DNA of 64,000 bases from Alphaproteobacteria bacterium (GCA_964291265.2 OZ219747.1:4288001-4352000); one strand, 5' to 3'; positions 49,293 to 61,167 are shown, counted from the stretch's first letter. Notes: generated from the sequence alone by a model not told the origin. Made by a program: numbers and translations.

Positions 49293-51100
49293 CGCGGTGC
49301 TCTCCGCGCCGCACGCAGATCAGCCGTGGCGGGTTCTTCCACCACGTAGTCGACACCGTTGTCAGCCAGTTTCAAGGCGACTCCGTAGACTTCCCTCGCG
49401 CGCTCGGGGCTGAGCCAGCCCCGATTGACGGTCGCGGCGACCTTGCCGGGCGGGCGGTCGAACGGCTCGCCGTAGCCGCCGCCGGCACCGGTCACCGAGA
49501 CGACAGCCTCGCCCGGCCGGCAAACGACCTGATGAAAGCCAGGAAGCTTCTTGATCGTACCGTCCGCCGAGCGATGGAAATTCAGTGCCGGCGCGCCGTC
49601 CAGGCCGGACAATGCACCCTTTGCGGGGTTCACTTCGCCGTCGCTGCAATAAATGACTGTGACGTCGTCGTCTGCGATCGGCCCAAAGATCAACTTGGTG
49701 CCGGGAGCGCCGTCGTACTCGCCGCAACCGAGAGTGTCTTTTTCGAGCCAACGGCCCTCGACGACGATGGGATACATGGATTCGTCGATTTCCACGGAAT
49801 CGAGAACGATCATGCCGCCGTTGTCCGCTCCGCAGAAGGTGATCCAGCCGTCATGGTCCTGCAACCCCGGCCCGGCCGCATAGCCAATGAACATCTGGTT
49901 GACGTAGGGCTGGTTGTCCTTTCGCGAGTCCATCCCCGAGATAACCGCCATGCCGATCGGCTGCATGTAACCGCCTTCAGCCATGCCAAAAGGCTTGCCC
50001 ATCTGTGCGAAACAACTGGCGACGGCCGTGACGAGGCGATCATTGACGTTGGTGGTCGCGACAGAAGTGCCGACCGGGTAGTTTGGTCGTCCCACAACAC
50101 AATTGTCGCGCAACAGGACCTCGATGCGGCTGGCGCTGCCTTCGTTGTGCGGAATCGTTGAATCGAGATTGTAGAACACCCCGATCCGACAGGAGCCGGA
50201 CGAAGTCGCTTCGGTCAGGTTGATTCCGCCATCGACGCAGTCGATGTTGTCGCGCGCATCAACCGTAATCTTGCCCTCATCCGGATCAACCGTCACCGAA
50301 ACCCGGACCGGCACGCCGTCGTCCGCAACGGTAGGTACCGGATCGTGCCTGGTCTCGTAAGTCCAGGTGCCTTTCGGGAACTCCCGGATGGCCGCGATCG
50401 CGCGGCGCTTGCCGTATTCGATCCACTCGTCGACGAAGGTGCCGATGACCTCCCTGCCGTAGCGCGCAACCAGCTCTTTCAGCCGACGCTCACCGGTCCG
50501 GCAGGCGCCTACCTGGGCCTGATAGTCTCCGTACCAGATGTTGTTCACCCGAATCTTCATCAGACCCATGCGGACGATGTCCTTGATATCCTCATAGTTC
50601 CTCTGAATGCGCACACAGGGAAAATGCATGCCCTCCTCGTAAACCGTCCGCGCGTAGGGCAGATAGGTGGTCGGCAGCGGGGCACCAACGTCGGCATGGT
50701 GTGATCTGGAAAGGGCCCAGAACAAGAGTTCGCCATCGACAAAGACCGGAACACAGAGGGTCATGTCGGCATGATGCGTGGTTCCCGTGTAGGGGCAGTT
50801 GTTGATGAAGGCATCACCCTCCTCGATATCGTCAAAGAACTCGGTGATCGGCTGCGTCGTCAGACCGAGCGCCGTGATATGTATCGGGATACCTTCCTCG
50901 ACCGAGACCAGGCGGTGGTCGTAGGTCAGAAGTCCGCAGGACATGTCACGGGCATTCTTGATCACTGCCGAACGGCTGGCCTTCATCACGGTGTTGGTCA
51001 TTTCCCGTATGATGGCCTCAAAGCGGCTCGCGAGGACTGACATGAGGAAGGGGTCGATGCGCTGCCCGTGCGAGCCCGATACGGCTCCTGTCTCTTTCAT
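49289..51100 (-). CDS. Hydantoinase B/oxoprolinase subunit (HyuB-like)
   Basis: EM...S.VI..ARD, GTTHHAD, SHHADVG, EEG, GAGGGYGEP. Confidence 0.92.
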   Translation of the reverse strand: MKETGAVSGSHGQRIDPFLMSVLASRFEAIIREMTNTVMKASRSAVIKNARDMSCGLLTYDHRLVSVEEGIPIHITALGLTTQPITEFFDDIEEGDAFINNCPYTGTTHHADMTLCVPVFVDGELLFWALSRSHHADVGAPLPTTYLPYARTVYEEGMHFPCVRIQRNYEDIKDIVRMGLMKIRVNNIWYGDYQAQVGACRTGERRLKELVARYGREVIGTFVDEWIEYGKRRAIAAIREFPKGTWTYETRHDPVPTVADDGVPVRVSVTVDPDEGKITVDARDNIDCVDGGINLTEATSSGSCRIGVFYNLDSTIPHNEGSASRIEVLLRDNCVVGRPNYPVGTSVATTNVNDRLVTAVASCFAQMGKPFGMAEGGYMQPIGMAVISGMDSRKDNQPYVNQMFIGYAAGPGLQDHDGWITFCGADNGGMIVLDSVEIDESMYPIVVEGRWLEKDTLGCGEYDGAPGTKLIFGPIADDDVTVIYCSDGEVNPAKGALSGLDGAPALNFHRSADGTIKKLPGFHQVVCRPGEAVVSVTGAGGGYGEPFDRPPGKVAATVNRGWLSPERAREVYGVALKLADNGVDYVVEEPATADLRAARRAPR

Positions 51101-51124
51101 CGCCTGTTCCTCTCGCAGTGCCTT

Positions 51125-51988
51125 CTATCGGGAGACCATGTCGGCACGTCGGCTCCTGCGCAGGGAAAGCGTCATGAGCACAAGGTAGCCACCAACCACC
51201 AGGAATGAGAGCAGAGTCGTCAACGTGCCCAGGGCATAGAGGGTCGGCGTGACCCGGGTCGTGACCGAAGCCATGACCATGACCGGCAGGGTCTGCTCGT
51301 TTCCGGTGATCAGGAGACTGCGCTGGAACTCGTCAAGCGACAGCGTGAAGGCGAACAGCATGGAGGTCAGGACAGCAGGCTGCATCAGGGGCAGGGTCAC
51401 ATGACGGAAGGCCTGCCAGTGGGTCGCCCCGAGCGTGAGCGCGGCATCCTCGAGCGAGGAATCGAACCGGTTGAAGAACATCAGGAAAACCACCAGCGAG
51501 AACGGCAGAGTCCAGACGACATGAACCGCGAGCCCCGTGGTGAGCCAATGCGGCACGATGTCGAGTGACTGGACGATCAGAGCGGACCCGAGGCTGACCG
51601 TGATGCCGGGGACGATGATGCCAAGGAGCCAGAGATAGAAGATCCCGTTCGAGCCCCGAAAGCCGCGGCGGAAGGCCTGCGCCGCCATCAATGCGAAAAC
51701 GGTGGAAATGACCAGCGTGATCAGGGCAAGCAGCAACGACCGCTGCAAGGCGCCCAGATAGTCGCCGAGAAACTCCCCGACGTCGCTGTACTCGGTCAGC
51801 TTTCCGGGATTGAACAGCTTCCAGTACCAGATCGTGCTGGTGTCACGCATCGGGAAGGTATGTCCACCGCGCGGACCCTGGAACGAGAGGATGGTCATGA
51901 TGACGAAGGGAAAGTAGAGCACCATCAGGATGAAGCTCAGGTACAGGTACGCGATTGGCCGGGTCAGTTTCTGGAAACTCGGGATCAC
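51125..51988 (-). CDS. ABC permease (PotC-like)
   Basis: Six TM helices, LEDAALTLGA EAA loop, FTLSLDEF. Confidence 0.92.
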   Translation of the reverse strand: MIPSFQKLTRPIAYLYLSFILMVLYFPFVIMTILSFQGPRGGHTFPMRDTSTIWYWKLFNPGKLTEYSDVGEFLGDYLGALQRSLLLALITLVISTVFALMAAQAFRRGFRGSNGIFYLWLLGIIVPGITVSLGSALIVQSLDIVPHWLTTGLAVHVVWTLPFSLVVFLMFFNRFDSSLEDAALTLGATHWQAFRHVTLPLMQPAVLTSMLFAFTLSLDEFQRSLLITGNEQTLPVMVMASVTTRVTPTLYALGTLTTLLSFLVVGGYLVLMTLSLRRSRRADMVSR

Positions 51989-51992
51989 GTCG

Positions 51993-52916
51993 CTAGACCT
52001 TCCGCAGATCGAAGAAACGAAGCATCAGGGCGACCGTCGCCAGCGTCAGGATCGTCAGGACCACCGCAACCGCCGAGGCCGACGCCCACTGGAAAATGTC
52101 GATCTGGCGCAAAATCAGCCCTGCAAGCATCGGATTCTGGGCACCACCGATCACCCGTTCGGTAAAGAACTCGCCCATGCCAAGAACCACGACGAAGAGT
52201 GAGCCCGCCATGAGGCCAGGCCTGGTCAGGGGCAGGACGACGAGAAAGAAGGTGCGCATGGGATTGGCGCCGAGAACCGCGGCGGCGGACATGACGTCCT
52301 CGTCGATCCGCCGCATGCTGTAGTAGACCGGACCGATCATGAACACGATGAACAGAAACCAGAGCCCCCACATCATGGAGTAAGGCGTATAGAGCAAGAG
52401 TTCGATCGGCTCACGGATCACGCCGAGCCACAGCAGCACCGAGTTGACCACACCCTCGCGACCGAACATCGGCAGCCATGTAATTGTGCGGGTGAGATAA
52501 CTGGTCCAGAACGGCACGATGCAGAGAAGGATGATGCCGGTCTTCCAGCGTTCGTCCTTGATGACACGCCAGATGAAGTAGGCGGCCGGATAGGCCAGCA
52601 TGACGACCCCGGCGAGGGCCATCAGAATGACTTCGTATGTCCAGAGCGTGATGCTCCAGAAGGTGTCGCTGGTCAGGATCTTGGAATAGTTCGTCAGGTT
52701 GTAGTCCGGTCGAAGACCGGCAAATCCGGATTTCCAGAAGCTGAACAGGACAATGCTGCCAAGCGGTACACCGACGAACGTTGCCATCCAGAGGGTGCCG
52801 GGCAAGACGAGAAGCCAGCTGCCAAGGACCGGATGACGCGCAAGCAACGAGTGCCTGCCCACCGATGACATGCCGCTCGCGGCGGCTGTGCCGTGCAGGG
52901 CTCGAGTCTTCACCAT
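51993..52916 (-). CDS. ABC permease (PotB-like)
   Basis: LAYPAAY, PFWTSYL.R, AAAVLGA EAA loop. Confidence 0.92.
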   Translation of the reverse strand: MVKTRALHGTAAASGMSSVGRHSLLARHPVLGSWLLVLPGTLWMATFVGVPLGSIVLFSFWKSGFAGLRPDYNLTNYSKILTSDTFWSITLWTYEVILMALAGVVMLAYPAAYFIWRVIKDERWKTGIILLCIVPFWTSYLTRTITWLPMFGREGVVNSVLLWLGVIREPIELLLYTPYSMMWGLWFLFIVFMIGPVYYSMRRIDEDVMSAAAVLGANPMRTFFLVVLPLTRPGLMAGSLFVVVLGMGEFFTERVIGGAQNPMLAGLILRQIDIFQWASASAVAVVLTILTLATVALMLRFFDLRKV

Positions 52917-53009
52917 GACCGGGCGCTGGTGTCGCTTGCCGCTGGCGGGCCGCTCAGGTGGCGACCCGCCAGACTCCCCGTGATCCCGAGATACGGGACG
53001 GCGTCGCGC

Positions 53010-54317
53010 TTAGGCCGCCAGGAAGTCGTTCCAGCGTTCGGCATAGTAGTCAGGATCGTCCGGCCACACCATCCAGTGCATGATGTTGCTCCAGCGCCTG
53101 GCAAAGGAACCTGTGTCGCGACCACGGATTGGCCAGCCGGGTTTGGGCTCTTCGCTGGCTCCGCCGTTGTACCACCAGTCATAGTCGTTGAACTCGCCCT
53201 CGGGATCGGTGGCCCTGCTGTTCCTGAGATAGTTTTCGCAGCTGGTCGTCGGCGAGTAGTAGCCCTGTGGCGCCACCTGCGCGCCCCACCAGCCCTCCAG
53301 GCAAAAGTTCACATAGTCGATCGCCGCATCCAGGTTCGGCGTGTCCCTGGCAACCGCAACGCCGTGGAACCAGGCCGTGAAGCCTTCCTTCGGGAAGGCG
53401 TACTTGCAGACGACCCCCTGCTTCTTGACGTCCTCGACAACCGGGTTCCAGGCATCCGCCAGCCAGATTTCACCGGAGGCCAGGAGGTTCACGCACTGGC
53501 CGTAGTCTTCCCAGATCGCGCGAAACTGTCCGTCCTTCTTGCGCTCGATCAGGAACTCGATCACCGTATCGACCTCTTCATGGGTCATGTTGCCGGTTCT
53601 GTTGATGTTCGCGAGGCCATTCTTCTTCAGATAACCCGCACACCAGCCGGGCGTCAGAAGACTGTCATTGAAAATTCCGACCTTGCCCTTGAATTTCGGG
53701 TCAACAAGCGCACCCCAGCTGTCGATATCGCCGCCTATCAGGTCCATGCGATAGCCGATCGAGTCGCAATTGAAGAACTGCGGCACAAGCTTGAACTCCT
53801 TCTGGGTCGACGGATCAACCCAGATCTCGGCAAGCGGCCAGCCCGTCTCGGCGTCGTAACCGAGCGCCTGGTCGCTTGTATAGAGGTCACGCGCATCCTT
53901 CCACGGCGTGACTTTCTCGACCGGAATCGGCTGAAGCAACCCGGCGTTCCAGAGTGCGGCATTGCGATTGGCGTTGGTCTCGTTGGTGTCGTAGTTGCGG
54001 TAGCCACCGGCCAGCCATTCGGTAATCATCGGGGTCAGGCCGGCAACTTTGCCAACGGTCCTGTGACCACTGCGGCGAGCAAACTCGTTCAAGAATCGGT
54101 CCTGTACCGACACGCCAAGCCCGATGGTACGCAACTGAAGTCCGGTGGCCTCGGCCATTTCTCCCTCGGGCAGATCATCCCAGGGCATGCGCTCTGTTGC
54201 CGCAGCCTGGTCCAGGACGGTCAACCCCCCAAGTCCCGCAACACCGAGGGCAGCGCCTGCGGCCATTCCGGACTTCAACGCGTCACGCCGAGTGTATTCG
54301 TTCCTGGAATCGTTCAT
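53010..54317 (-). CDS. Tat-exported ABC solute-binding protein (PotD/PotF-like)
   Basis: TRRDALK leader, LLQPI, DSW..L.DP..KGKV, PKEG. Confidence 0.88.
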   Translation of the reverse strand: MNDSRNEYTRRDALKSGMAAGAALGVAGLGGLTVLDQAAATERMPWDDLPEGEMAEATGLQLRTIGLGVSVQDRFLNEFARRSGHRTVGKVAGLTPMITEWLAGGYRNYDTNETNANRNAALWNAGLLQPIPVEKVTPWKDARDLYTSDQALGYDAETGWPLAEIWVDPSTQKEFKLVPQFFNCDSIGYRMDLIGGDIDSWGALVDPKFKGKVGIFNDSLLTPGWCAGYLKKNGLANINRTGNMTHEEVDTVIEFLIERKKDGQFRAIWEDYGQCVNLLASGEIWLADAWNPVVEDVKKQGVVCKYAFPKEGFTAWFHGVAVARDTPNLDAAIDYVNFCLEGWWGAQVAPQGYYSPTTSCENYLRNSRATDPEGEFNDYDWWYNGGASEEPKPGWPIRGRDTGSFARRWSNIMHWMVWPDDPDYYAERWNDFLAA

Positions 54318-54658
54318 CTCTTCTCTCCCCTGATTGATTCAACTCCTGCCTTGTTCCTGCCGATTATGGCAGGCAGGGAACATGAGCGTCCATAGCTCTC
54401 TGCTCCCAAGGGTTGCGGCCCCGACGATCGGGCCCTCTGCACTGGATCGCAGTGCGCGAGGGAATCCTGAGGCTACGGCCATTGTCATGGCAAATGCCGT
54501 GTTTTCTGATACATTATGCTCCAACCAGATATCATCAGCCTGGTTGACACGAGATGGTTTTCGTTTAATTGTTTGTATTGAGCATGTTGCCAGGGATTCT
54601 GTTGCATGGCTTGCTCTCCGGTCAACAAGAAAAACAAACAACGTTATCGGATTGGTTG

Positions 54659-55576
54659 ATGGAACCATCCCTTCGCCAGATGCGCTACTTCATCGCCGCC
54701 GCCCGGTCCGGGCAGATTTCCCGAGCGGCAAGGGAACTCAGCGTCTCCCAGAGCGCCGTCACCACGGCCGTCAGGCAGCTTGAGGACATCGTTGGCTGCG
54801 CCCTGTTCCAGCGGCGCGTGCACGGAGTCACGCTCACACACAACGGCACCATATTCCTTGAACATGCCAGTCGCGTCCTTGCGGCGGTGGACGAGGCAGT
54901 ACGCGCTCCACGCAACACGCTCTCTCAACTCGACGGGCTCCTGCGACTGGCCATGACCTACACGATCGCGGGCTACTTCCTTCCCGCCTATCTGGAACGC
55001 TTTTCGCGCGCCTATCCGCACATCGACCTGCAACCCCTGGAAACGACCCGCTCGGAGATCGAGGCCGGCCTGGCCTCGGGCGAATACGATATCGCTGTCG
55101 TGCTGACGTCCAACATCGTCGATCAGGAAGGGCTGGATTTCGAAACCCTGTTTCGGTCGCCGCGACGCCTGTGGGTCCCGACGAGCCATCATCTCCTCAA
55201 GAAGGACGACATCCAGTTCAGGGATGTGGCGAAGGAACCCTACATCATGCTCACCGTCGATGAGGGGTCCAACACGACACAACGCTACTGGCACCAGGCC
55301 GGCTGTCGTCCGAATACACTGATGCGCACCTCGTCGGTCGAGGCCGTGCGCTCCATGGTGGCCAACGGCATGGGCGTCACCATACTCTCCGACATGGTCT
55401 ACAGGCCCTGGTCCCTCGAAGGGCGGCGCGTCGAGGCTGTGCCCCTTGCCAGTCACGTGCCGACCATGGATGTGGGCCTGGCCTGGGCCATGGCGGTTGA
55501 GATGTCACCGCCCGCACGGGCCTTCGCCGATTTTCTGCGTACCGGTCTTGCCCGGGACCGCCTGGCATTCTTCTGA
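54659..55576 (+). CDS. LysR-family transcriptional regulator, divergent from the catabolic cluster
   Basis: LRQMRYF...GQISRAA..L.VSQSAVT..VRQLE HTH; SVEAVRSMVANG.GV. Confidence 0.95.
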   Translation: MEPSLRQMRYFIAAARSGQISRAARELSVSQSAVTTAVRQLEDIVGCALFQRRVHGVTLTHNGTIFLEHASRVLAAVDEAVRAPRNTLSQLDGLLRLAMTYTIAGYFLPAYLERFSRAYPHIDLQPLETTRSEIEAGLASGEYDIAVVLTSNIVDQEGLDFETLFRSPRRLWVPTSHHLLKKDDIQFRDVAKEPYIMLTVDEGSNTTQRYWHQAGCRPNTLMRTSSVEAVRSMVANGMGVTILSDMVYRPWSLEGRRVEAVPLASHVPTMDVGLAWAMAVEMSPPARAFADFLRTGLARDRLAFF

Positions 55577-55720
55577 GGGAACCGGCCGACAGGCGTGACC
55601 GGCACAACCCCTGCCGAGCGGCGGTGCCAGGAGCCGTCACGCAGGCCCCTTCCGGAGACGGCCTTGCGCACCCTGCCGCCCGGACATAGGTTTCAGGGCA
55701 CCGTTCGGGGAGGATCTTCG

Positions 55721-57298
55721 TTGGCGGAGTTGTCGCAGGAACGGGCCCGCGCCATCAGGGCCTGGCCGTTCGAGGAGGCGCGGAAACTCCTGGGACGGCT
55801 CGCCGGCCGCACTCCGGCAAAGGACCATGTGCTGTTCGAGACGGGCTACGGACCATCGGGCCTGCCCCATATCGGCACGTTCGGCGAGGTCGTGCGCACC
55901 GGCATGGTCCGCCATGCCTTCTCGCAGATGTCCGACGTGCCGACGCGTCTCTTCGCCTACTCCGATGACATGGACGGATTGCGCAAGGTGCCGGACAATG
56001 TCCCCAAGAAGGAGATGATGGCGCGTCACATCGGCCAGCCGCTGACGAGGATTCCCAATCCCTTCGCCAGCAGCCATGCGAGCTTCGGGGACCACAACAA
56101 CGCGATGCTGAGGTCCTTTCTCGACCGTTTCGGTTTCGACTACGAGTTCGTGAGTTCCTCCCGAATGTACCGGTCAGGCGCCTTCGACGACGCCCTCATG
56201 CGCGTCCTCGAGCGGTTCGACGCCGTCATGGAGATCATGTTGCCGACCCTCGGGGAGGAGCGGCGCAAGACCTATTCGCCCTTCCTGCCGATCTCTCCCT
56301 CGAGCGGCCGGGTCCTCTACGTGCCTCTCCTCGAGCGCCATCCCGGAAAGGGAACGATCGTCTTCGAGGATGAGGATGGCACCAAGGCAGAGGTTCCGGT
56401 CACGGGAGGGCACTGCAAGCTCAACTGGAAGCCGGATTGGGGCATGCGCTGGCATGCCCTGGGCGTCGACTACGAAATGGCCGGCAAGGACCTGATTGAT
56501 TCGGTGACCATTTCGGGACGAATCTGCCGGGCGCTCGGTGGCACGCCGCCGGAGGGTTTCAACTACGAACTCTTCCTTGACCAGAACGGCGAGAAGATCT
56601 CCAAATCCCGCGGCAACGGCCTCACCATCGACGAGTGGCTGCGCTACGGTACGCCGGAAAGCCTCGCTCTCTTCATGTACACCAAGCCGCGCACGGCCAA
56701 GCGTCTCTATTTCGACGTCATCCCGCGTCACGTCGACGAGCATGCGCGGCACCTCGAACTCTACCGCCGGCAGGATCAGGATGAGCGCCTTGCCAATCCG
56801 GCATGGCACGTTCACGCCGGCGACCCGCCAACCGAGAATCAGCCTCTTTCCTATGCGGTGCTTCTCAATCTCGCCAGTGTCTGCAATGCGGACGACGAGG
56901 CCATCCTGTGGGGTTTCATCAGCCGCTACCTTCCCGGAACCTCACCTGAAACCCATCCCCTGCTCGACCGCCTGGCGCGCCTCGCCGTCCACTACTACCG
57001 GGATGTGGTGAGGAAGCAGAAGCACTACCGCGTACCGGACGACAAGGAACGGGATGCTCTTGCGGACCTCGCCGACCGGCTGGAGACACTTCCGGAAACG
57101 GCAACCGGCGAGGATTTCCAGAGCGAGACCTATGCGACCGGACGGGACCATGGGTTCGAACCCCTGAGAACCTGGTTCGCAACCCTCTACGAGGTCCTTC
57201 TCGGCCAGCCCTCCGGGCCGCGGTTCGGCAGTTTCATGGCTCTCTACGGACGCCGCGAAACCCTCGCCCTCATCCGCGGCAAGCTCGCATGTGACTGA
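55721..57298 (+). CDS. lysS: Class I lysyl-tRNA synthetase
   Basis: [30 protein letters not shown]; TTG start after GGAGGA. Confidence 0.95.
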   Translation: MAELSQERARAIRAWPFEEARKLLGRLAGRTPAKDHVLFETGYGPSGLPHIGTFGEVVRTGMVRHAFSQMSDVPTRLFAYSDDMDGLRKVPDNVPKKEMMARHIGQPLTRIPNPFASSHASFGDHNNAMLRSFLDRFGFDYEFVSSSRMYRSGAFDDALMRVLERFDAVMEIMLPTLGEERRKTYSPFLPISPSSGRVLYVPLLERHPGKGTIVFEDEDGTKAEVPVTGGHCKLNWKPDWGMRWHALGVDYEMAGKDLIDSVTISGRICRALGGTPPEGFNYELFLDQNGEKISKSRGNGLTIDEWLRYGTPESLALFMYTKPRTAKRLYFDVIPRHVDEHARHLELYRRQDQDERLANPAWHVHAGDPPTENQPLSYAVLLNLASVCNADDEAILWGFISRYLPGTSPETHPLLDRLARLAVHYYRDVVRKQKHYRVPDDKERDALADLADRLETLPETATGEDFQSETYATGRDHGFEPLRTWFATLYEVLLGQPSGPRFGSFMALYGRRETLALIRGKLACD

Positions 57299-60086
57299 CC
57301 GCGTCATGACCTGGGCCGAGGCGCCGACACTCGTGGCGGGTGCTGCCAGCGCCGTCTGGCTGACCGCTGACGGTGTCATCGAGGAAATCGACCGCGAAGA
57401 GGCCGGCCGGAGGTGGAAGCGTGGCGGCGTGCCCTTGGTGTGTCATGCCGTGGCCACCGGCGGGCGCACCGGAACCCGCCACCTGCCGGCCTACGACATC
57501 CTGGAAGTCCTCGCATTCGTTCGCCCGGGGTCCTTTGCCGTCCCCACACCCTTCGGCGTTGCCCGAGCACTCGGCGCCGGCCTGCCCCGCGACATGGCTG
57601 ATCAGGCGATGGCCCTGCGGACCTGTGCCGCCCTTCTGCTCGACGAACTGGCGGCGTTCGATCGAGAGAAGAGGGACGAGGCGAACGCCATCGCGGCCGT
57701 CATGGTCCACAGCGCCTGGCCATGGGCAGGCGATGTCGCTGCGGCACTGGATCTCGGGTCGGGTGTGAAAGGCAGCCTCGATGTCTGGTCCGCTCGCCAG
57801 GAATGGTCGGAGACGGAACCGCGGCCGCCACCACGCACCGATGCCATCGCCAGCGACGACGTGGCATCGCGACTGGTGGCGCTTCTCGGAGTGGATGCAG
57901 AAGACAGGCCGGAACAGGTCCGGTATGCACAATCGCTCATCCCCGGCTTTGCCCCGCGCCGGGAGCCGGGTGCGGTCGGCGCGGTGCTGGCGGAGGCAGG
58001 CACGGGCGTGGGCAAGACCCTCGGATACATAGCACCGGCCAGCCTGTGGGCGGAAAAGAACCGCGGCACCGTGTGGATCAGCACCTATACCAGGAACCTG
58101 CAGCGCCAGATCAACCAGGAACTCGACCGGCTCATTCCGGAGGGCGAGGCCAGACGGCGGCGAGTCGTGGTGCGCAAGGGCCGCGAGAACTACCTGTGTC
58201 TGCTCAATTTCGCCCATGCGGTCAATCGTCACCGAGGTTCGCTCGAGGACACGGTCCGTCTCGGTCTCATCGGACGCTGGATACAGACCACGTCCGATGG
58301 CGACATGCAGGGCGGCTCCCTGCCCGGCTGGCTTCTCGAACTGCTCGGGCACCGGCAAACCATGGACCTCGCAGACCGCCGCGGCGAGTGCATCTACAGC
58401 GCCTGCGATCACTATCGGAAGTGCTTCATCGAAGGGTCGGTGCGCCGGGCGCACCATGCCGACATCGTCGTCTCCAACCATGCGCTCAGCCTTCTTCAGG
58501 CATGGCACAGCGGCGAAGGCGATCCTCATGCCCCGACTCGTTACGTCTTCGATGAAGGGCACCATCTCTTTGATGCTGCAGACAGGGTGTTCGCCACCGA
58601 ACTCACCTGCCGCGAGACGGAGGACCTGCGCCGTTGGCTGCTCGGAGCGGGGAGCCGCCAGTCGCGGGCTCGCGGGCTCATGCAGAGGGTGCGCGATCTC
58701 TTCGGTGACGAAGGTCGCGCGCTCATCGCCGATATCGCGCGCGCCGCCACCGCCCTGCCGGCGCCGGGCTGGCTGGAGCGGTTCGCCGCCGGCGCCCCGG
58801 CCGGAACGGCAGAAGCCTTCTTCTTCCTGGTGCGCCGCCAGGTGCTGGATCGGACCGGGGACGCCCGCAGCCACTACAGTCTGGAATGCCTGGCCGATCA
58901 CCCTCCTGAACCACTCCTCGCAGCGGCCGTCGACCTGCACGCATCGCTGGGCACCCTCGAGCGGCCCCTGGCGGATCTCATCGGACATCTGGGCGAGGAA
59001 CTGGTCCGCCTGAAGGACGGTCTCGAGGAGAACACGCTACAGCGCATGGAGGCGACGATGCGGGGCATCCGCCTGCGCGGTGTCGACGTCGTCGCCGAGT
59101 GGCGTCACATGCTCGAGGCTCTGGGCGCGGAGACCCCTGCGGAGTACCACGACTGCCTGTCCATCAACCGCATTGACGGTCGCGAGTTCGACATGGGCAT
59201 GCACCGTCACTGGATCGATCCCGGCCTGCCCTTCGCCGAGCATGTCGCCTCGAAAACCCATGGCATCGTCATCACCTCGGCAACACTGCGCGATGCGCGT
59301 GACCACCCCCGGACAGGGCAAGGCTCCTGGCTCACGGCCGGCCTGCGGACCGGTCTGCGCCACCTCGCCGATCCTCCGACCTGTTGCGCCATTTCCTCCC
59401 CGTTTGACTACCCGGAACTCACCCGGGTGATCGTGGTCTCGGACGTGCCGCGCCAGGACGAGGTGAGGGTCAGCATCGCCTTTCGCGATCTCTTCATGGC
59501 TTCCGGTGGAGGTGGCCTCGGAATCTTCACGGCCATCAGACGCCTGAGACGTGTCCAGCAGCGCATTGCCCTTCCCCTCCAGGAGGCAGGGCTGCCTCTC
59601 TACGCACAACACGTCGACGCCATGGACACTGGAACCCTCGTGGACATCTTTCGCGCCGAGGAGGATTCCTGCCTGCTCGGCACCGATGCCGTCCGCGACG
59701 GCGTTGATGTTCCCGGTCGCTCCCTGCGTCTCATCGTCTTTGACCGGGTGCCATGGCCACGGCCGAGTCTGCTGCACCGGGCACGACATGCCGCGTTCGG
59801 GGACCTGCAGTGGAGCGACCTCATCACGCGACTGAGGTTGCGCCAGGCCTTCGGCCGCCTCGTGAGACGCATGGATGACCGCGGCGTCTTCGTGCTCCTC
59901 GATCCGCGCCTGCCACCACGCATGGCGAGCGCCTTTCCGGAAGGGATGGAGGTCCGAAGGCTCACACTGGACCAGGCCATCGACTGCGTCAGGGAGCACG
60001 TCGGGAAAACGCGTGATCGCCGGCAGGGGGAGGTGCTACCGTGCGATCCCCTCGACAGCAGCACCGGGGCCGGCGATGCATCCTGA
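57291..60086 (+). CDS. DinG-family ATP-dependent DNA helicase
   Basis: [41 protein letters not shown]. Confidence 0.92.
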   Translation: MTDRVMTWAEAPTLVAGAASAVWLTADGVIEEIDREEAGRRWKRGGVPLVCHAVATGGRTGTRHLPAYDILEVLAFVRPGSFAVPTPFGVARALGAGLPRDMADQAMALRTCAALLLDELAAFDREKRDEANAIAAVMVHSAWPWAGDVAAALDLGSGVKGSLDVWSARQEWSETEPRPPPRTDAIASDDVASRLVALLGVDAEDRPEQVRYAQSLIPGFAPRREPGAVGAVLAEAGTGVGKTLGYIAPASLWAEKNRGTVWISTYTRNLQRQINQELDRLIPEGEARRRRVVVRKGRENYLCLLNFAHAVNRHRGSLEDTVRLGLIGRWIQTTSDGDMQGGSLPGWLLELLGHRQTMDLADRRGECIYSACDHYRKCFIEGSVRRAHHADIVVSNHALSLLQAWHSGEGDPHAPTRYVFDEGHHLFDAADRVFATELTCRETEDLRRWLLGAGSRQSRARGLMQRVRDLFGDEGRALIADIARAATALPAPGWLERFAAGAPAGTAEAFFFLVRRQVLDRTGDARSHYSLECLADHPPEPLLAAAVDLHASLGTLERPLADLIGHLGEELVRLKDGLEENTLQRMEATMRGIRLRGVDVVAEWRHMLEALGAETPAEYHDCLSINRIDGREFDMGMHRHWIDPGLPFAEHVASKTHGIVITSATLRDARDHPRTGQGSWLTAGLRTGLRHLADPPTCCAISSPFDYPELTRVIVVSDVPRQDEVRVSIAFRDLFMASGGGGLGIFTAIRRLRRVQQRIALPLQEAGLPLYAQHVDAMDTGTLVDIFRAEEDSCLLGTDAVRDGVDVPGRSLRLIVFDRVPWPRPSLLHRARHAAFGDLQWSDLITRLRLRQAFGRLVRRMDDRGVFVLLDPRLPPRMASAFPEGMEVRRLTLDQAIDCVREHVGKTRDRRQGEVLPCDPLDSSTGAGDAS

Positions 60087-61167
60087 ACAGTTCTTTTCGG
60101 CGACCTATCGCGAAGCGCGTCAGGCCTTTCTCGATGCCTGCCTCATGTGTGGTGCGCGTGTCGACCGGCTCCTCCACCCCAGGCGAGGCCGGGACGGCGA
60201 GATCCTCGCCACGGATGTCGCGCGCCTGGGTCCCGATGACGCAGGGCGGGTCTTCATGACCATGTCGGCCACCCACGGTGTCGAGGGCTTCTGCGGCTCG
60301 GGAGTTCAGACCGGCGGCCTTGCATCAGGCCTCTACGACGATCGTCATGACGATCTTGCCGTTGTCCTGATCCACGCGATCAATCCCTTCGGATTTTCCT
60401 GGCTGCGCCGCGTGACCCACGAGAACATCGATCTCAACCGCAATCATGTCGACCACGAACAGCCCTACGCCACCAACGAAGGCTACGAGGCGCTGAAGGA
60501 GGCTCTGTGTCCGGATGCGTGGACCGCCGAATCGAGAGCCGCGTGTCGTGCAGCGATGGAGACCTACCGTGAACGCTGGGGGGACATGGCCTTGCAGGGC
60601 GCCATTTCGACCGGCCAGTACAGTCATCCCTCCGGCCTGTTCTACGGCGGATCGGCCCCCTCCTGGTCGGCCACTACGCTTACCTCCATCGTCCGCCGCC
60701 ATGCTGCAGGCGCTCGTCACGTTGCATTCCTCGACTACCACACCGGTTTGGGTCCCTTTGGCGTCGGCGAGCTGATTTCGGATCACGAGACCGGTGAATC
60801 CGGTCATCGGCGCCTGGTCGACTGGTTCGGTGATGGCGCCGTGACATCGACCAGTGACGGCAGTTCGGTCTCCGCACCGCTCACCGGCACCAACAACCTC
60901 GCGGTGGCCAGGGCTGCAGACCGCGCCAGTCTCACCATGGCGACCCTGGAATACGGCACATCACCCCTTGACGAGGTCCTGGAATCCCTGATGGCGGACT
61001 GCTGGCTCCACAACCACGGGGACCCCGACTCGGATCCTGGCCGCGCCATCAAGGCGGAGATCCGGCGTTGCTTCTATCCCGATACAGGCGCCTGGAAGGA
61101 GATGGTCTTCGAGAGGGCAACGGCTGTCGAGAAGACCATGCTGGCCGGACTCGCCGCTCAGCAATGA
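60076..61167 (+). CDS. M14-like metallopeptidase (DUF2817-type)
   Basis: THGVEG, HAINPFGF, NIDLNRN, LDYHTG, LEYGT. Confidence 0.85.
   Translation: MHPEQFFSATYREARQAFLDACLMCGARVDRLLHPRRGRDGEILATDVARLGPDDAGRVFMTMSATHGVEGFCGSGVQTGGLASGLYDDRHDDLAVVLIHAINPFGFSWLRRVTHENIDLNRNHVDHEQPYATNEGYEALKEALCPDAWTAESRAACRAAMETYRERWGDMALQGAISTGQYSHPSGLFYGGSAPSWSATTLTSIVRRHAAGARHVAFLDYHTGLGPFGVGELISDHETGESGHRRLVDWFGDGAVTSTSDGSSVSAPLTGTNNLAVARAADRASLTMATLEYGTSPLDEVLESLMADCWLHNHGDPDSDPGRAIKAEIRRCFYPDTGAWKEMVFERATAVEKTMLAGLAAQQ

Noticed and set aside
54500-54540. LysR T-N11-A binding box
   Set aside because: A candidate exists in the AT-rich intergenic region, but the motif is too degenerate to call from sequence alone.
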